NCBI RefSeq assembly: GCF_009914755.1
Contig: NC_060927.1
DNA: 64,000 bases
Direction: 5' to 3' (one strand)
DNA from: the human T2T-CHM13v2.0 reference genome, Homo sapiens
The position numbers were made by a program, and so were the translations under genes. Under the pieces are notes generated by a model. It ran no database searches. It had not been told where the DNA came from and saw only the letters and a program-made list of their open reading frames with translations. Within the stretch, counting starts at the first letter, position 1. The number at the start of each line of letters is the position of its first letter. This document shows positions 1 through 12,512 of the stretch, piece after piece.

Positions 1-700
1 AGCTTCCACCTACAAGTGATGCCAATAATTTTTATTCATATTTTATTGGCCAAAGCAAGTCAGAAGGCCACATCTAACTACATCAGGGCAAGAAAGTGAA
101 ATCTACACTGTATCTAGAAGAAAAATTGAAAATATTGTATTAACATTGATGAACACCACAGTTTGTCCACCAGGCCAATAGATATTTGTTTGGCTCTCTT
201 TCCCACGTAGAAAATACTCCCATCCTTCCTTAAATGGGACATGCCCACATTCTCACTTCTTTGTGGTTCCAGGCTCAATGTCCAAGCTTTCCGAGTGATT
301 TCTAGTGATCGCCTCATCAGGGTGAGATGCACAGAGGCCTACAGCAGGCCACATAGTAGCTGCACTTGATGTGGAGACCTATATACTAATAGGACAAATT
401 ACTTTCCACCAATGCAACCACCATGCCCTCCCCACCAACACACACACATTCATGCATCTGCATATGTGCACGTGCACACATACCATACAACAGTAGAATG
501 AAGCAGACCAACCAGAAAACTCTTTCACTAAGAGGGAGAAATACAGCAGTCTTTGGTCCATAGCAATTCTGAAATCCCTTGGGGCAGATGTTATAAGGGC
601 CCCTCCCTTAGGGTGGGAAATATTATTTGTGGCCCTTTATTCCATTCCCCGGAAGATATTTCCTTCCTTAGTATCCTTCTAGGCTACATCTGAAGAGGAC
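1..700 (-). mobile_element. MaLR LTR (MLT1J-like) fragment plus probable internal sequence
   Basis: ttattggccaaagcaagtca...ggccacatctaact resembles the reverse complement of the MLT1 core. Boundaries approximate. Confidence 0.55.
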
Positions 701-819
701 ATTGTCACTCCATAAATAGCTGCTCTACTATTGTATCTCATTACAATTTATTTAAAAGCCATTCCACAAAAATGATTTCAAATGGGAAACCCAAGTATAC
801 ATTGACTTTCAAAGAACAC

Positions 820-990
820 AGTAGAAAGAATGATGACAAGGGTGTTCACCAAGTATTTTTGGTCCTTTTTCCAGATATACGCTAGGACTGATCTCCCTTA
901 GAGTTAGGTGTGGTCATGGGACTTGCTTTGGCAAATTAACTGTGAGCAGAAGTGCCTTATGTTGTTTCCTTATGGAAACTTTAAAAGCTG
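820..990 (+). mobile_element. MaLR LTR fragment (MLT1I/J-like)
   Basis: gttaggtgtggtcatgggacttgctttggcaaattaactgtgagcagaagtg resembles the MLT1 core. Confidence 0.6.
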
Positions 991-1054
991 TAATTGCAAG
1001 GAGGCCCTTTATACACATGGGGTGTTCACAGTTCTGAAATAAAATGTTATTCGT

Positions 1055-1165
1055 CACAATTTGTAGATAAGGAAACTGAGGCTCAGAGATGAAGGGGTTT
1101 ACCCAAAGTCGCTCAATTGAATATGCCCAACCTCAAGCCTCCAATGCCTATGCTCTTTTCACTGT
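1055..1165 (-). mobile_element. MIR SINE fragment
   Basis: gataaggaaactgaggctcagagatgaag is the MIR core in antisense. Confidence 0.7.
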
Positions 1166-1301
1166 GTCTCACTGCCCTCTATTGCTAATTGGTCATTTTG
1201 CTTATGTAATTATGTCTGGAAAAAGGCAGGAGCTAATGTGTACTGATACAAATGCTACAAACCCTTTAACTCCTGAGACATATGACAACCCTGTAATAAA
1301 T

Positions 1302-1388
1302 TTTTAAAAACACACAAGAATGCTGCGTTCCCCTTACTAATCTTTTAAAAACACACAAGAATGCTGCGTTCCCCTTACTAATCTTTTA
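1302..1388. repeat. Perfect 41 bp tandem duplication (2 copies plus TTTTA)
   Basis: ttttaaaaacacacaagaatgctgcgttccccttactaatc at 1302-1342 and 1343-1383. Confidence 0.97.
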
Positions 1389-1429
1389 TTATGTAAAACC
1401 TAAGTGACCAACCAAGGAACAATAAAAGA

Positions 1430-1630
1430 GTTTCAGCTTTGGGGTTAAAAAAAAGTGACCTCAAATCAAATCCCAGCCTTGCCATCTACTAGCTGTACGG
1501 ACCCAGCAGTATCCTTAACTTCCTGGAGCTTGTATTTTATTTTTAATCTATGAAATAAGAGTAAGACCCACCTCACAGAATTCCTGTAAGGACTAGATGC
1601 TAGGCACATCTAGTGTGCTTGGCATGTTTT
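1430..1630 (+). mobile_element. MIR SINE
   Basis: caaatcccagccttgccatctactagctgt...acctcacagaattcctgtaaggactagatg matches MIR. Confidence 0.65.
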
Positions 1631-4109
1631 GCTTGAATGATTGTGTAAATTTTAGAACATCTCCCTGTCCCCCTGCCTCCTCCACAACCTTCTCTGAGCC
1701 TCTCATCTAAGACCAACACTGTAGACAATCTGCAAGACCATAGCATGATCTAGTTTCTGTGGCCCTGGCTTTCCCATAGCTCCTTGCATGCACTGACTTT
1801 TTTCTCCTTCCTCAGGACTAACCCTCACATATAGACCCTGATGACCTCACAGGTTCACTGATGGTCAGAAAGGTAAATGAAGCTGGAAAATAATCAGAAG
1901 ACAGGTATTGGAAGGTGGGGCTTGAGATGGAGATAGGAACCTTATCATGCAGTGTTTTAGGCCATGGGAAGATTTGAGTATTTTCTCTAGAGAAATGACA
2001 ACCCATTGGTGAATTTTCAGCAGAGGAAAAATTCTTAAGATCTTTAAAATTGGGCTTTATAGAATGTCTAACAGTTCACTAGGAAGGTAAGGGAGGCAAC
2101 ACCATATGCTATGGCAGGGAAGTTTGGCATCCGTGTATTCAGGGTTCCTTATCACTGGAATGTACGTGAACCAGAAAGAGTGGAATCTGGGACAAGGAGA
2201 TGAGACCAAACCCTGGGACACCACACTGCTTTGTTAAAGACCTTGGATTCCCACAAATATTCACATCCTCCTTGAAGCCACATTTTTGTCTTAGATGAAA
2301 ATATCAAAAGATCTTTCAATAAGACCTGATGCTGTGAAATTAATGGCCTATGATGCAGCCCTTATCTCTGCATGTTTCTAAACCTTCTGAAGTCCACTTA
2401 TATACATAGTATAATCTCTCTGTGTGAACCTTTAATTGCCTTTGGGCTTGCAGTTGTGGGGAGTGTTTCAGGTGCTTTTGAGGTTGGCAAGGGAACTAGC
2501 TCCCATTTGTGAAATTTCAGACGAGGCTTTAACAATGGAAGTAGAAAATGGTTTGATAGCAGCTGCTTGTTGGGATCTCCTGGGAACTGGCTCTAGCACT
2601 GTGGCTGGTCAGTGTTCTGCAGCCCTAATTAGACAACTAGTCCTATTAGCCAATTTGAAAGCCAAAATAAACACTGAGACTTCATTTCCATTAGTATTTA
2701 TTCTAGCAATGAAAAAAAAATGGGACTTCATTTACAGTTAAGAAATGTTACCGGAAAGGCCTACAGCATGTGGCATCTCTCAATTGTAGGGAAAGGCCTG
2801 TGCAGTCGGGATGAACCTAGCATCACAAAAGAGGTCCCCTTCCTCTGTGTAGCTGTGGCTAATGCACACCCCCTTGCTATCATTTCTGTGTCCAGGATGA
2901 CACAATATTCAGGATGGAGGCAGACCCTCTCCCATGGCTGAGCTCACCCAGTGCTGAGTCAGATGCTCCTGGCTTTAGACAAATACCAGGTTCTTTATTT
3001 CTCTCTGGGTCACAACGTAAAAGATCATTTAAAAGACTAAATTAATTTGTCCTTTTCCTTAGATTTCCTACTTATCCCATTTATAAGAACAAAAATTCAA
3101 GTTCTACTCATAAACAATAAAAATTGTATACTCACATCTGCCTCAATCCTGGACCTCTAAACTGGTCCTGATCACCTGGGTACTATAACCCAGCTGTGCA
3201 AGGGAGTGAGTCAGGTAGGCTGCTGGTTGTGCCAGACCAGTGCCTTAAGGGAGCCCTGGGGTTTCCAGGAGATGCTGCAGCACGTGGAGGTCCAGGGCAT
3301 CTCTCCCCGTGCCATGACCAGAGCAACTCTGTTTTACCTATTTTGTGTTAGCCGTTAATGAAATGGCTAAGCATGTTTGAAGAACTACAGTTCTAAGCAC
3401 TTTCTCACAAAGCTACCACCCTGCTCCTTGCCTGATCCTCATCTATTCTTGGTGGAGATCTCATCTCAGGGTAGGCTACCTGTGACTCCACTCTAGTGAT
3501 TGCCTCAGCCCCTGTCTCTGCCAGGGGACTCTCCTCCAGTGTCATGGGTTGTAACCTTCCTAGAGTGTCCAGCCTTGCCTATGATACCTCCCTCTAGTCT
3601 TAGATAAGGAAGCCTTTCTACCCTGGATCCTGGTCTTGCTGAATCCTACCCTCTACTTAACAAATAAGGCAGCAGGATGTAGAGAAGCTGTTTCTAAATA
3701 TTAGAGCCTGTAAATAGACAGATGCAGAATCCTCACTGTGGCTTTTGGGAAAAGCCAAGGGAAAAGCCAAAGCAAAGAATAGGAAGGGTCAAAAAGGGAT
3801 AAGAAGGCAGAAATAACCCCTGAGAGTTGCAGTAAGCAGTAACGTACGATTTGTGGGTATAGGGAAACTGGAGCCTCATGTGGTCCTGAGATCATGTGGT
3901 TGCACATTTTCAGGTCATTTTTTTCTGCCAGACAACAGCATTAGTACAGAGGCTTGGAGTGCATGCCTTCATTTAATAAGCTTGGTCTAATTTAGTACAA
4001 ACTTCTCTTAATAAAGTCTGTGTTTAAATTATCCTGAGTCCCTAGGGTGTCTACAGCTGGAAGAAAGAGGCACATGCTAGCAGAGTCTGCCTTACATTCA
4101 GGTCATGTT

Positions 4110-4330
4110 TTCCAAGGAGTTCTTCATGAAGCTCCAGTCCTACAGGATACCCTTTCACAAAAAGGCCAAGGTCAAGTCGGGGAAACAGGATAAGCCATTC
4201 CCAAACCACCATATTTGAGAGTCACAATGCATGTTCACTTATTAAAGGCTCTCAAAAGTACTCCAGTAAAGCAATCTGTTTGACTTTGATTCAGGTTCCT
4301 CAATCTTATGCAGCCATAGAACTCACTCTG
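4110..4330. mobile_element. Ancient hAT-Charlie DNA transposon fragment (MER113-like)
   Basis: gagagtcacaatgcatgttcacttattaaaggctctcaaaagt...ctgtttgactttg resembles remembered MER113 consensus. Confidence 0.45.
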
Positions 4331-4437
4331 TGAAACATCTTAAAGGAGTTATTAATGCAGTTCTTCCCTATTAGGTCAAGAGTTTGCAGGGGGCAAGGGC
4401 TAGCTGCTCTGAGAGATCCTCTCCTCTGCCTTCCTTG

Positions 4438-4582
4438 ACTTCAGGATCTATAGAAGGTTAATAATTAATGTTTGTTAAATTATATCCTATTCTTGAGGCT
4501 ACTTTGACAACTTCAGGATCTATAGAAGGTTAATAATTAATATTTGTTAAATTATATCCTATTCTTGAGGCTACTTTGACAA
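4438..4582. repeat. 72 bp tandem duplication, 1 mismatch
   Basis: Copies at 4438-4509 and 4510-4581 differ only at G4470/A4542. Confidence 0.97.
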
Positions 4583-4999
4583 AGGTATGTGGCTCATGTT
4601 CTGGCACACACAGAGGTAACTAAAAAGATGTCTCTTAACATTGTCTATATTAAAAATCAAGAAAAAATTGTTTTAGGTCCTGGAGTCAATTTGATATGGG
4701 GGTGCATTTGGTGTGAAGATGATACAGATTAAAATCAAGTTTAAAGTTCAGTGAATCATGTCTGGAAACAGAGTATCACTGAGTTATAATTTTAACTTTG
4801 TATCAATTTTGAAGATGTTATTAATTAGAAGATTTGATGAGGGTCTGAAAGCAAAAACAGTATCGTCTCTGAGATACTCAGTGGGAGAGGGGAAGAGACC
4901 CTAAAAAACAAGACAGAAAACTCACCTGATGCATCCCATCCTGGGGTTTCTTGGCACCTTGCTCTCTATCACTGACTGCCAAGTCTGAGTTGTACGCAG

Positions 5000-5190
5000 C
5001 CAGCGCAGTGCTGAGCATCTTACATGTGTTCTCACTTAGTCCTCACAACCTGATGCATAGGCATAAGTATGACCCCCATTTTGCCAATGAGGAAACTGGG
5101 ATTCAGAGGTAAGTACCTTGCTGCGAGTCATGTAGAGCTGGACTTGAATGCAGGTCTATGCCACCAAAGCCCTCGCCCCTATGTATACTG
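5000..5190 (-). mobile_element. MIR SINE
   Basis: ctcacttagtcctcacaacc...cccattttgccaatgaggaaactggg is the MIR core in antisense. Confidence 0.7.
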
Positions 5191-8100
5191 CTGGACCACC
5201 TCAGCCAAGTAAGGAAGGCCAGAGGATTCCGGATTTACCCAAACTCCCTTGGCATTTTTCACACAGATTGAGCAGAGTCAATCTGAGGACTAAAGATTGA
5301 CAGGCCCATCAGACATCATGTTTAGTAGGGGGAGGGGTGAATTTGGAGTCAGTAGAGAATTCTAGAACCTTCCTACTGCTGCTTATTTGCTCTAGGTCTT
5401 TGAAGTCAGTATCTTCCTTTTTCAGGCCCTTAGTTCCTTCACGTGAAGAACAAAACAACATTCTGGATGATAGATGAAAGCCCTTCCAACTCCACGAGTT
5501 TAGGTTCTCAACCCCAGAGAGCTGACATTTGTTGTCATCGCTAAGTTGTATGTTTCATTCACTGTACTGCTATATAAATATGTGCTGGAAAGCCTGCAGA
5601 GGCAGAGTCATAAAAATGAAAGGGTTGAGAAAGCCTGCTGGGAGTGTGCCATGGCCAGCCGTGATGACAGGTCATCTGTCCCCACAAGCCACCTGCAGCC
5701 TACAGCTGTGTGAGCATCCCCCGGGATTGTGTGGACCGAGTTTTAAAGCTGCACTTATAGGGGTCTATTACACACTTCACTTAGTCTTTGCATTCCACAG
5801 GTATCTACATCACTGAAATGAGGAAATGAGAGAAAGCGAGATTTCAGATGGTCTCGTTATTTGCATTGCTTAAAATTGACACCCAAGCATCCATGAAATT
5901 GTGTTCATCAAGGGGCATCCCCAGGAAACAGCCATACACAGAGCAGCATCCAACCCCAGCAAGAGGATTCATGGCCCCCAGTCCTTTCCATGAGTTTCTT
6001 AGACTAAATAGCCATGGGAATGACAGCTGGAAAGACCAGCAGCATCCTGAACACACTTTGCACAGGAAGAGACTTAGTATGTTCACACTACATAGATGCG
6101 TGCATATTTTTACCTCAAAATAGAAGAGGTAGACACACTGGTTCAAAAGCTGTATTTATCATGTGTGAGCCCCACCTCTCAAATGAAAGGAATCTGGGGG
6201 AATGAGTGTGTAGCTCTTCATTCCTGATGCAAACTCCGACTCAGAATAAGACAGTCTGCATTAAATTGTGTTTGCTAAATACAACTGTTTTTTAAGACAA
6301 CCATGTATTCCAGCAACCTTAACACCAGTTTCTGGGAGTTGCTGCTGAAGCCATTCTGTGTCCACAGAGCCCACTATAACTGAATATTTTCCCCCAGCAT
6401 TGAGTCAGTCCCAACCCATCCCCCTCCAAGAAATTCCCCCTTGAACCTTCCAAGCCACATCTCATTGTCTGGCATGTAGGCCAAAGGCTTGGAAGCAAGC
6501 TTAGGAGTTTGAATCTTGGCTTCACTCACTTCTGGTTATGTGGCTTTGGTCAAGTTACCTAACTTTGAAAACCTCATCTATTAAAGTTTTAAGTGTGGCA
6601 GATAAGAATCTCAATACACAAATTTAAAAATTGTCTTTCTCACATCCAGCCTTGTTTCAGTTCAAGTCCCCAGTCCACCTGAGTGGGGGAGATTTAAGTG
6701 CTGCTAATTTACAATTATTCATTTTCTGTAGGGTGCTTGGCTGATTGCAGGGAGATTTGTAAAGTGCTAGAGTTTTCAGCGGAGCCTCCAGGAACTTTTC
6801 CATGCATTGTGGAAATTGTGCTCACCAGTTCTGATTCTCGGTCACTAATGGTCTGTCAGAACTGGCAGCTGTCGGGATTACCTTACTTAGGGGGCACACA
6901 AATATTTCTGCTGCTTCTCATGCTTTCTCTGTAGGAACATCCGTGGTCCATCTGCCTAGATGTACCAGGCCAGCATTCCTTGTCGGCATCACCCCTGCCA
7001 GGGCTCAGCCCAGGAAGCAGGCTTCAGATGTCTCTGCTCTGCACCTCGGATGTCTTCGCCCCTTCCCTGCCACAGTCACACACCCACCTCCATGTCTAGG
7101 GTGTTCTTTATGACTCTGGGAGGAGGCCAGATTCTCTTATTCTGTTTTTCCCCCAAAGGCTGATCTATACGCAGACCTCCTCCACCCTCCTCATGGTTTA
7201 GGCTTCTGGAAACCACACCAGGCAGAGACTCAGCTCCAGGCCCCTTCTACTCTTCTCTCTGCCATGACCCTCCCTGCGACAATGAGCTAGAAGCCAGGGT
7301 GTATTTAGATGGAAGGTAAGGTAGAAGAAACAACTAGGGAAAAATTAAAAGAACAGAAGCTAAGACTTCAAAAATACTGTCCCTCCACTTAAGGATTAAG
7401 TAAAATAGCATGTGAAAGAACTTGTCATGTTTCAAGGGCCTAACAAATGATGGTTATTTTTTTTCCCTCTTACCTGTTGGACACATTGCCTATATCAATT
7501 GTTTGGAAATGAATCATATCCTGCCTTAGAACATCTATCATACTGGCAATTTACTCATATTTTTATTTTATTTTCAGTGTCAATATGTTATTCTCTCAAA
7601 TCCATGTAAGCTCCTGAAGACCATGGTTCACATCTTAAATTAACTGAATCTAACAGAAGGCTAGTCATACAGAAAATGCTTTAAAAATGGGTGCAGATCT
7701 AGCATCAGGAATCCAAAATCATGTTTGCAAACATTTAAGGAAGATTCTTTATGGAAAAAATCAGGTTAAGATGATTCATAAGCATGTTTATGTCTAATTG
7801 TTAACCAACAGAGGAGTCACGTGGCCTATGCAGCCCATGCAGACACCCTAGATATTCAAAGGAAAGATTTTTCAATATATCTATTATTTTTTTTTAAATC
7901 CTGCATCATAACCACCTGAGTGCAAATATATTTCAAATTTTATACTGGCCTCCTGTTGAAAAATGCTCATTGAATCAATTTCCTGGAGCCTTGTCACTGA
8001 TAAATAGAGTGCATCACACATCTGATATTCTTGAGTCAAAAATATAGAACATGAGTGTATTTTGCTGAGAGAAGATGGCTTATAGGAAACTGTCTTAGCA

Positions 8101-8299
8101 TTCAAGACAGTCACAAAGCTTGGCCTTTGAGGCTAAAGCTGCTGAGTGAGCAGTTGAAGAGGGTTAGAAGTTAGATCCTAATGGGCTTTCTGTCAGTCTC
8201 ATTCTAGGCCTGGTTGCCTGGCACCACCAGGAAACCTCAGCTGGTCCTGTGCATGGATGGATGTACTCACACTATAGGAACACACATTTTACCACTTTC

Positions 8300-8480
8300 T
8301 ACCGGTGTGGCTTTTGGTCACCTACTTCCCCTCTGTAAGCCTAAATTTGTTCATCTATAACTATAGAATGAGTATCTACCTCACAACAGTTTTATGAAGA
8401 TTCCATGAGATGATGTACCCTGAGGATATCACATGGTGTTGGGTACATATTGTATGCCCAGTAAATGATAGTAGTTGTTG
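8300..8480 (+). mobile_element. MIR SINE
   Basis: ctctgtaagcctaaatttgttcatctataac...ctacctcacaacagttttatgaagattccatgagatg. Confidence 0.6.
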
Positions 8481-9763
8481 TTGGATTTGCTGCTCCACGG
8501 AGGAGGAGGCTGTGAAGAGATGACCAACTGGATGCCCTGGAGAGGAGCAGCTCCACCATTCACACACAGGCGCACACCCTCCGCCTGCAGATCAACAGAG
8601 ATGCCCTTTTGCTGGGACGGGAACATGCTAATGGCTTGAAGGAGTACTTTATGCATGGGGTCACTGAAGATTTAAATCAGAAGACCCCAGTTAGCTTTCC
8701 CATAGCCGTGGGCCATCTCAACTAATTCCTCAAAGCCAAATCTGTTTAGAACTTTTTGTAAACTGAGCACCTCAAAAGAAACTTATCCTTTATTTCCAAA
8801 GTGAAGATGTTTTGGGTGGCAAGTAACAACACTGTGGGTCAAAATGGCTCAAACCATAAAGATGGATGAGTGGCACCCCAGGCTGAGAACGTCCCAAGGC
8901 AGGGCAGAGAGCAGGGCAGCTCAGGCTCTGCTCTTCCCTGCTGGGGCTCTCCTGCCACTGCCCTTCTCCATGCAGGGCCTTGGTCATCACCAGTCTGCTG
9001 GCAAGATAGCTGCAACAGCCAGCCTCCCATCTTCCCAGAACTGTGTCCAGGAAAGAGAGCAAGAATTTGTTCCAGAAACTTTCAGAAGAGAAAAAATGGA
9101 AGCTTTTTATACAGAGGTTGACAATCAACTTATTTCATGATACTGGCCTCAATTTGTTCTCATGATTCTTCCTGGATCAATTCCTGTAGCTTATTGAATG
9201 CCAGGTGATGGCTTCATCCTGGGTCCCAGGTCCACCCCTCAATCAATCACAGGTGCAATAGGGAAGGAATAATCTAATTAGCTTGAACTAAAGACAGTCT
9301 GTCTCTGGAGCTAAAGTCAATAACCCTAAACTTTAGGGCTGCCTTTGCAAGAAGGAAGGAGTGAGATGGATATTGGAAAGACAACCACAGGGCCCACCAC
9401 TCTGCTGATATTCAAATCAACATCTCCTTCAATTCAAGCAAACAATTACAAAACGTCCGCTATGTGCCAGGCACAGTGCAGGATGCCAGAAAATTGCAAG
9501 ATGCCCAGTGTTGTTGACAGGAATAAATGAGCTGACTTATGCAAAGTGCCTGTTGCAGCACTCAGCCCCTAACACTTGCTCAGTATTATCTTCATTAAAA
9601 TGAATAATGCATGAGTGATACCTGCCATCCAGGAGAGAAAGACTCAAACTAATAAATTATAACAGTGTGCACAGAGTGACAAGAGTAAGCCTGCGGGTGG
9701 CACAAAGGATAGAGATCACAAGAGGAGTGTGCAAGAGGCCCAACCCCACAAGAAGCTATAGCC

Positions 9764-9932
9764 CAGTGGTTCTTAACCTTGACTTCACATTCGATTCACC
9801 TGAGAAGCTTTTAAAACTCCCCACACCAATTAAGTTAGAATCCCTGGGGATGTGACCCAGCACCAGGAATCAGTTTGTCTTTTTAAGGATCTCCAAATGA
9901 TTAAAATGTGTAGCCAAGGCTAAGAACCACCA
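9764..9932. mobile_element. MER5-family hAT MITE
   Basis: Terminal inverted repeats cagtggttcttaaccttg ... caaggctaagaaccac, with MER5-like internal sequence. Confidence 0.75.
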
Positions 9933-10030
9933 TATTTTAGGCTACTGAGGACATAAACACCCACATGCAAACCATTAGCTAATAATGCCAGGTGGTGAAG
10001 GGTATGTTAAAATGAACGTTCTAAGGCTCA

Positions 10031-10059
10031 GGGTGGGGAGGGGGCAGGGTGGGGTAGGG
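10031..10059 (+). other. G-quadruplex-forming motif
   Basis: gggtggggagggggcagggtggggtaggg has six G3+ tracts with 1-2 nt loops. Confidence 0.7.
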
Positions 10060-11329
10060 CTCCAGGCAGGGAGAGGGTATGCAGGGGAGGGGTCCCAGGA
10101 GAGGGAGACACATGGTGGGCAGAGGGGGATCATGGAGGGCTTCCATGAGCATCAGGAAACAGGAGGCTTAAGGGGCCTTGAAGAACTCTGAGATTTGCCT
10201 AATCTAAGCTATTTAGGGGTGGTGTCTCAGTATAAAGAGGAATGGGTTTAAGCAAAGGCATATGGGCAGACATGGAAGGTATATGGATCTAGATTCAAAC
10301 AGGAGAAAGAAAACTATAATTTCAACAGAAAAACCTTTCTAAAAATTATAAATATGGGGATTGGAGTAACATGGGATTAGTGGGTAAGAACTCTAAAGAG
10401 AACTCTAAAGAACATAGGAATAGATTATATAAGGACCATCCACTACCCTCAGGGCTGAGGTAGAGCACCCCAGAAAAAGCCAGCCCACCCCCAAGCTGAG
10501 GTCTAGACTTTGTTGGCACAGCATGGCTTGAAGAATAGCAGAGAAGTTGCAGGGGTGTCATTTGTTGGAAGTCTGGCCTCTAGAGAGCCAGAGAAGACTT
10601 TCACAGAAGGTGTCCCACTGGAGCACACACTGTTAGCAACTGCTGGCAGCAAAGAGGGCTGGGGAAGCTGCTGGCCAGGTGTTGCAAGAGCCAGGCATTG
10701 GGGAAGCTGAAGGAGCCACCAAGAGAGCCCAGGAGAACCTGGAGGCAAAACCCAGAAGTGTGCCCTAGGAGCAAACAGAGGCCCAGAGAGCTTATGAAAC
10801 CTTCCCAGGAAACTAGCAAAGCTGGAATTCAACCCAGGCCCATCTTTTCTATGCGTTGTTCTTCTTCTCTGAACAAACAGTACAAGATCCAGGCTGGGAA
10901 GGTTGCTCAGAGATGGAAGGAGCCTGTGCTCAGTAAAATCAGTGAGGAAGGTCTCCTAGGGAAGGCGAGGCTTCAAATGGACCTCAGAGATCCGATTTGG
11001 AAAACCAGGGAGAAAAAAGGAGGGAGTGGATTCCAAGCTGGCATGGCAACACAAGCACTTGGAACACTTGCACATGGGTAAAAGTGGACCTGAGCTCCCA
11101 TAGGACTTAGCACAGCCAGGAGAGAGTATGACAGTAAAAGAAAGCAGGCAATGAGAGGAAAGCCAAAGGGAGAACCACAGGAATCAGGGAAGTCCTTTTA
11201 TGTAAAAGGCCTTGAATTTAAGCACGGGTGGAATCAACACATTGTGAGAAAGCCAGAGCTCATAAATGCAGCATTTCTAGTATTCCTCAGTCTCATGCCA
11301 AGCTCTCAGTGGAATGTAGGGAAGCAAAT

Positions 11330-11530
11330 GCGAGCTTTGAGGTCAGACAGACCAGAACTAGAGCTCCAGCTGCAGTGTTTAGCTGTATATGTCCTGGGGC
11401 AACTACCTTAATGTTTTTGAGTCTCAGGGCTCTGCACCTGCCAGGTGAAAACAATGCCACCACATCATTGCAGGCTTGTTCAGATGAAGTCCCTGACAGA
11501 CTGGCACAAGGCAGGCCTGAAGTTTAATCA
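11330..11530 (+). mobile_element. MIR SINE
   Basis: gctttgaggtcagacagacc...tagctgtatatgtcctggggcaactaccttaa...gagtctcag. Confidence 0.6.
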
Positions 11531-11840
11531 GTGACACCTTCTCCCTATTTTCACTCATGAGAGCCCTCCAGTCTCCTAAGACAGTGTGCCCTTGAAAATA
11601 ACCTTTAAAATTCAGAAATGCCAGGATTCCTAAATCTGGTGCAGCCAGGGAATGCCAGGGTATTAGCAGCGTATAACTTCTTACTGAGATTCTGGCTACT
11701 GTGTTCATCACTCAGAAGGAAAAGCTCAGGTTCAGGGGACACACAATCAAGGCGTCTTTGGCTGCATGGCCAAGTGGTGCCTTGAGGTGCTGTTTCCTAC
11801 CCAGTCTTCACAGGGCAAATGATGGTGTTTGTTTTTTCAG

Positions 11841-12007
11841 GAGGAGAAGTCACCAAACCACAGTTTGCTCAGTTCTTTCATGGAAGCCTGGCCAGTCTCA
11901 CCATCCGCCCTGGCAAAATGGAAAGCCAGAAGGTGATCTCCTGCCTGCAGGCCTGCAAGGAAGGGCTGGACATTAATTCCTTGGAAAGCCTTGGCCAAGG
12001 AATAAAG
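11841..12007 (+). CDS. CLSTN2: Calsyntenin-2 coding exon (probably exon 10), 167 bp, (G)GEVTKPQFAQFF...SLGQGIK
   Basis: Acceptor gttttttcag|GA at 11840/11841 and donor AAG|gtaagg at 12007/12008. Peptide recognised as calsyntenin-2 ectodomain (end of LNS region). Phase joins the next exon in frame. Confidence 0.96.
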
Positions 12008-12512
12008 GTAAGGCAGGAGCTGGCATCACTCCCAATAAGACAGGGATTCATGATGCCCAGCCTGCACAGCGCCAGCACACGCCAGGAAATGGAGCTTCCT
12101 GGAACGTTACACAGAAATGGCAACAAGGCAAAGGTGCAGCCACGAGATGGGGGTTCCGGAGGGAGATTAGTAACCATGACTTCCACAATGGGCTTCTGCT
12201 GCCATCTTCTGAAACTCCTAGATCAAGCCCTTGTGTATAATCAGTCCATTACCCAAAAGCAGGCACATGTTCAATGTCCACCTGGAGGAAGTTGTTGTAT
12301 TTCATTTGTTTGTGCGTTAGTTGGCTGCTCTGTTGTTTATTTGGCTAAAGGAACCAAAGGATGCAAGGATGCACATAAAAAGTAAACAAAAACTTAGGAC
12401 CTTGTGAAATACAAATTAAAAAGGAAAGCGAAAACCTGGGTGAGGTAGAATGAGAAAGCAGGTATGGAGGTCATTCTGTCTTACATTGTCACTTCAAGGC
12501 ACAAGAAACATG

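Noticed and set aside
465-478. 14 bp palindrome tgtgcacgtgcaca containing an E-box
   Set aside because: It sits in a CA/TG low-complexity patch where such palindromes arise by chance.
4438-4582. Repeats considered as CRISPR-like arrays (also 1302-1388 and 27255-27295)
   Set aside because: Head-to-tail copies without spacers in mammalian DNA, and no cas genes.
12008-12385. 188 aa ORF 11819..12385 extending beyond the exon
   Set aside because: Only 11841-12007 matches calsyntenin. A strong AAG|gtaagg donor follows and the rest is intronic read-through.
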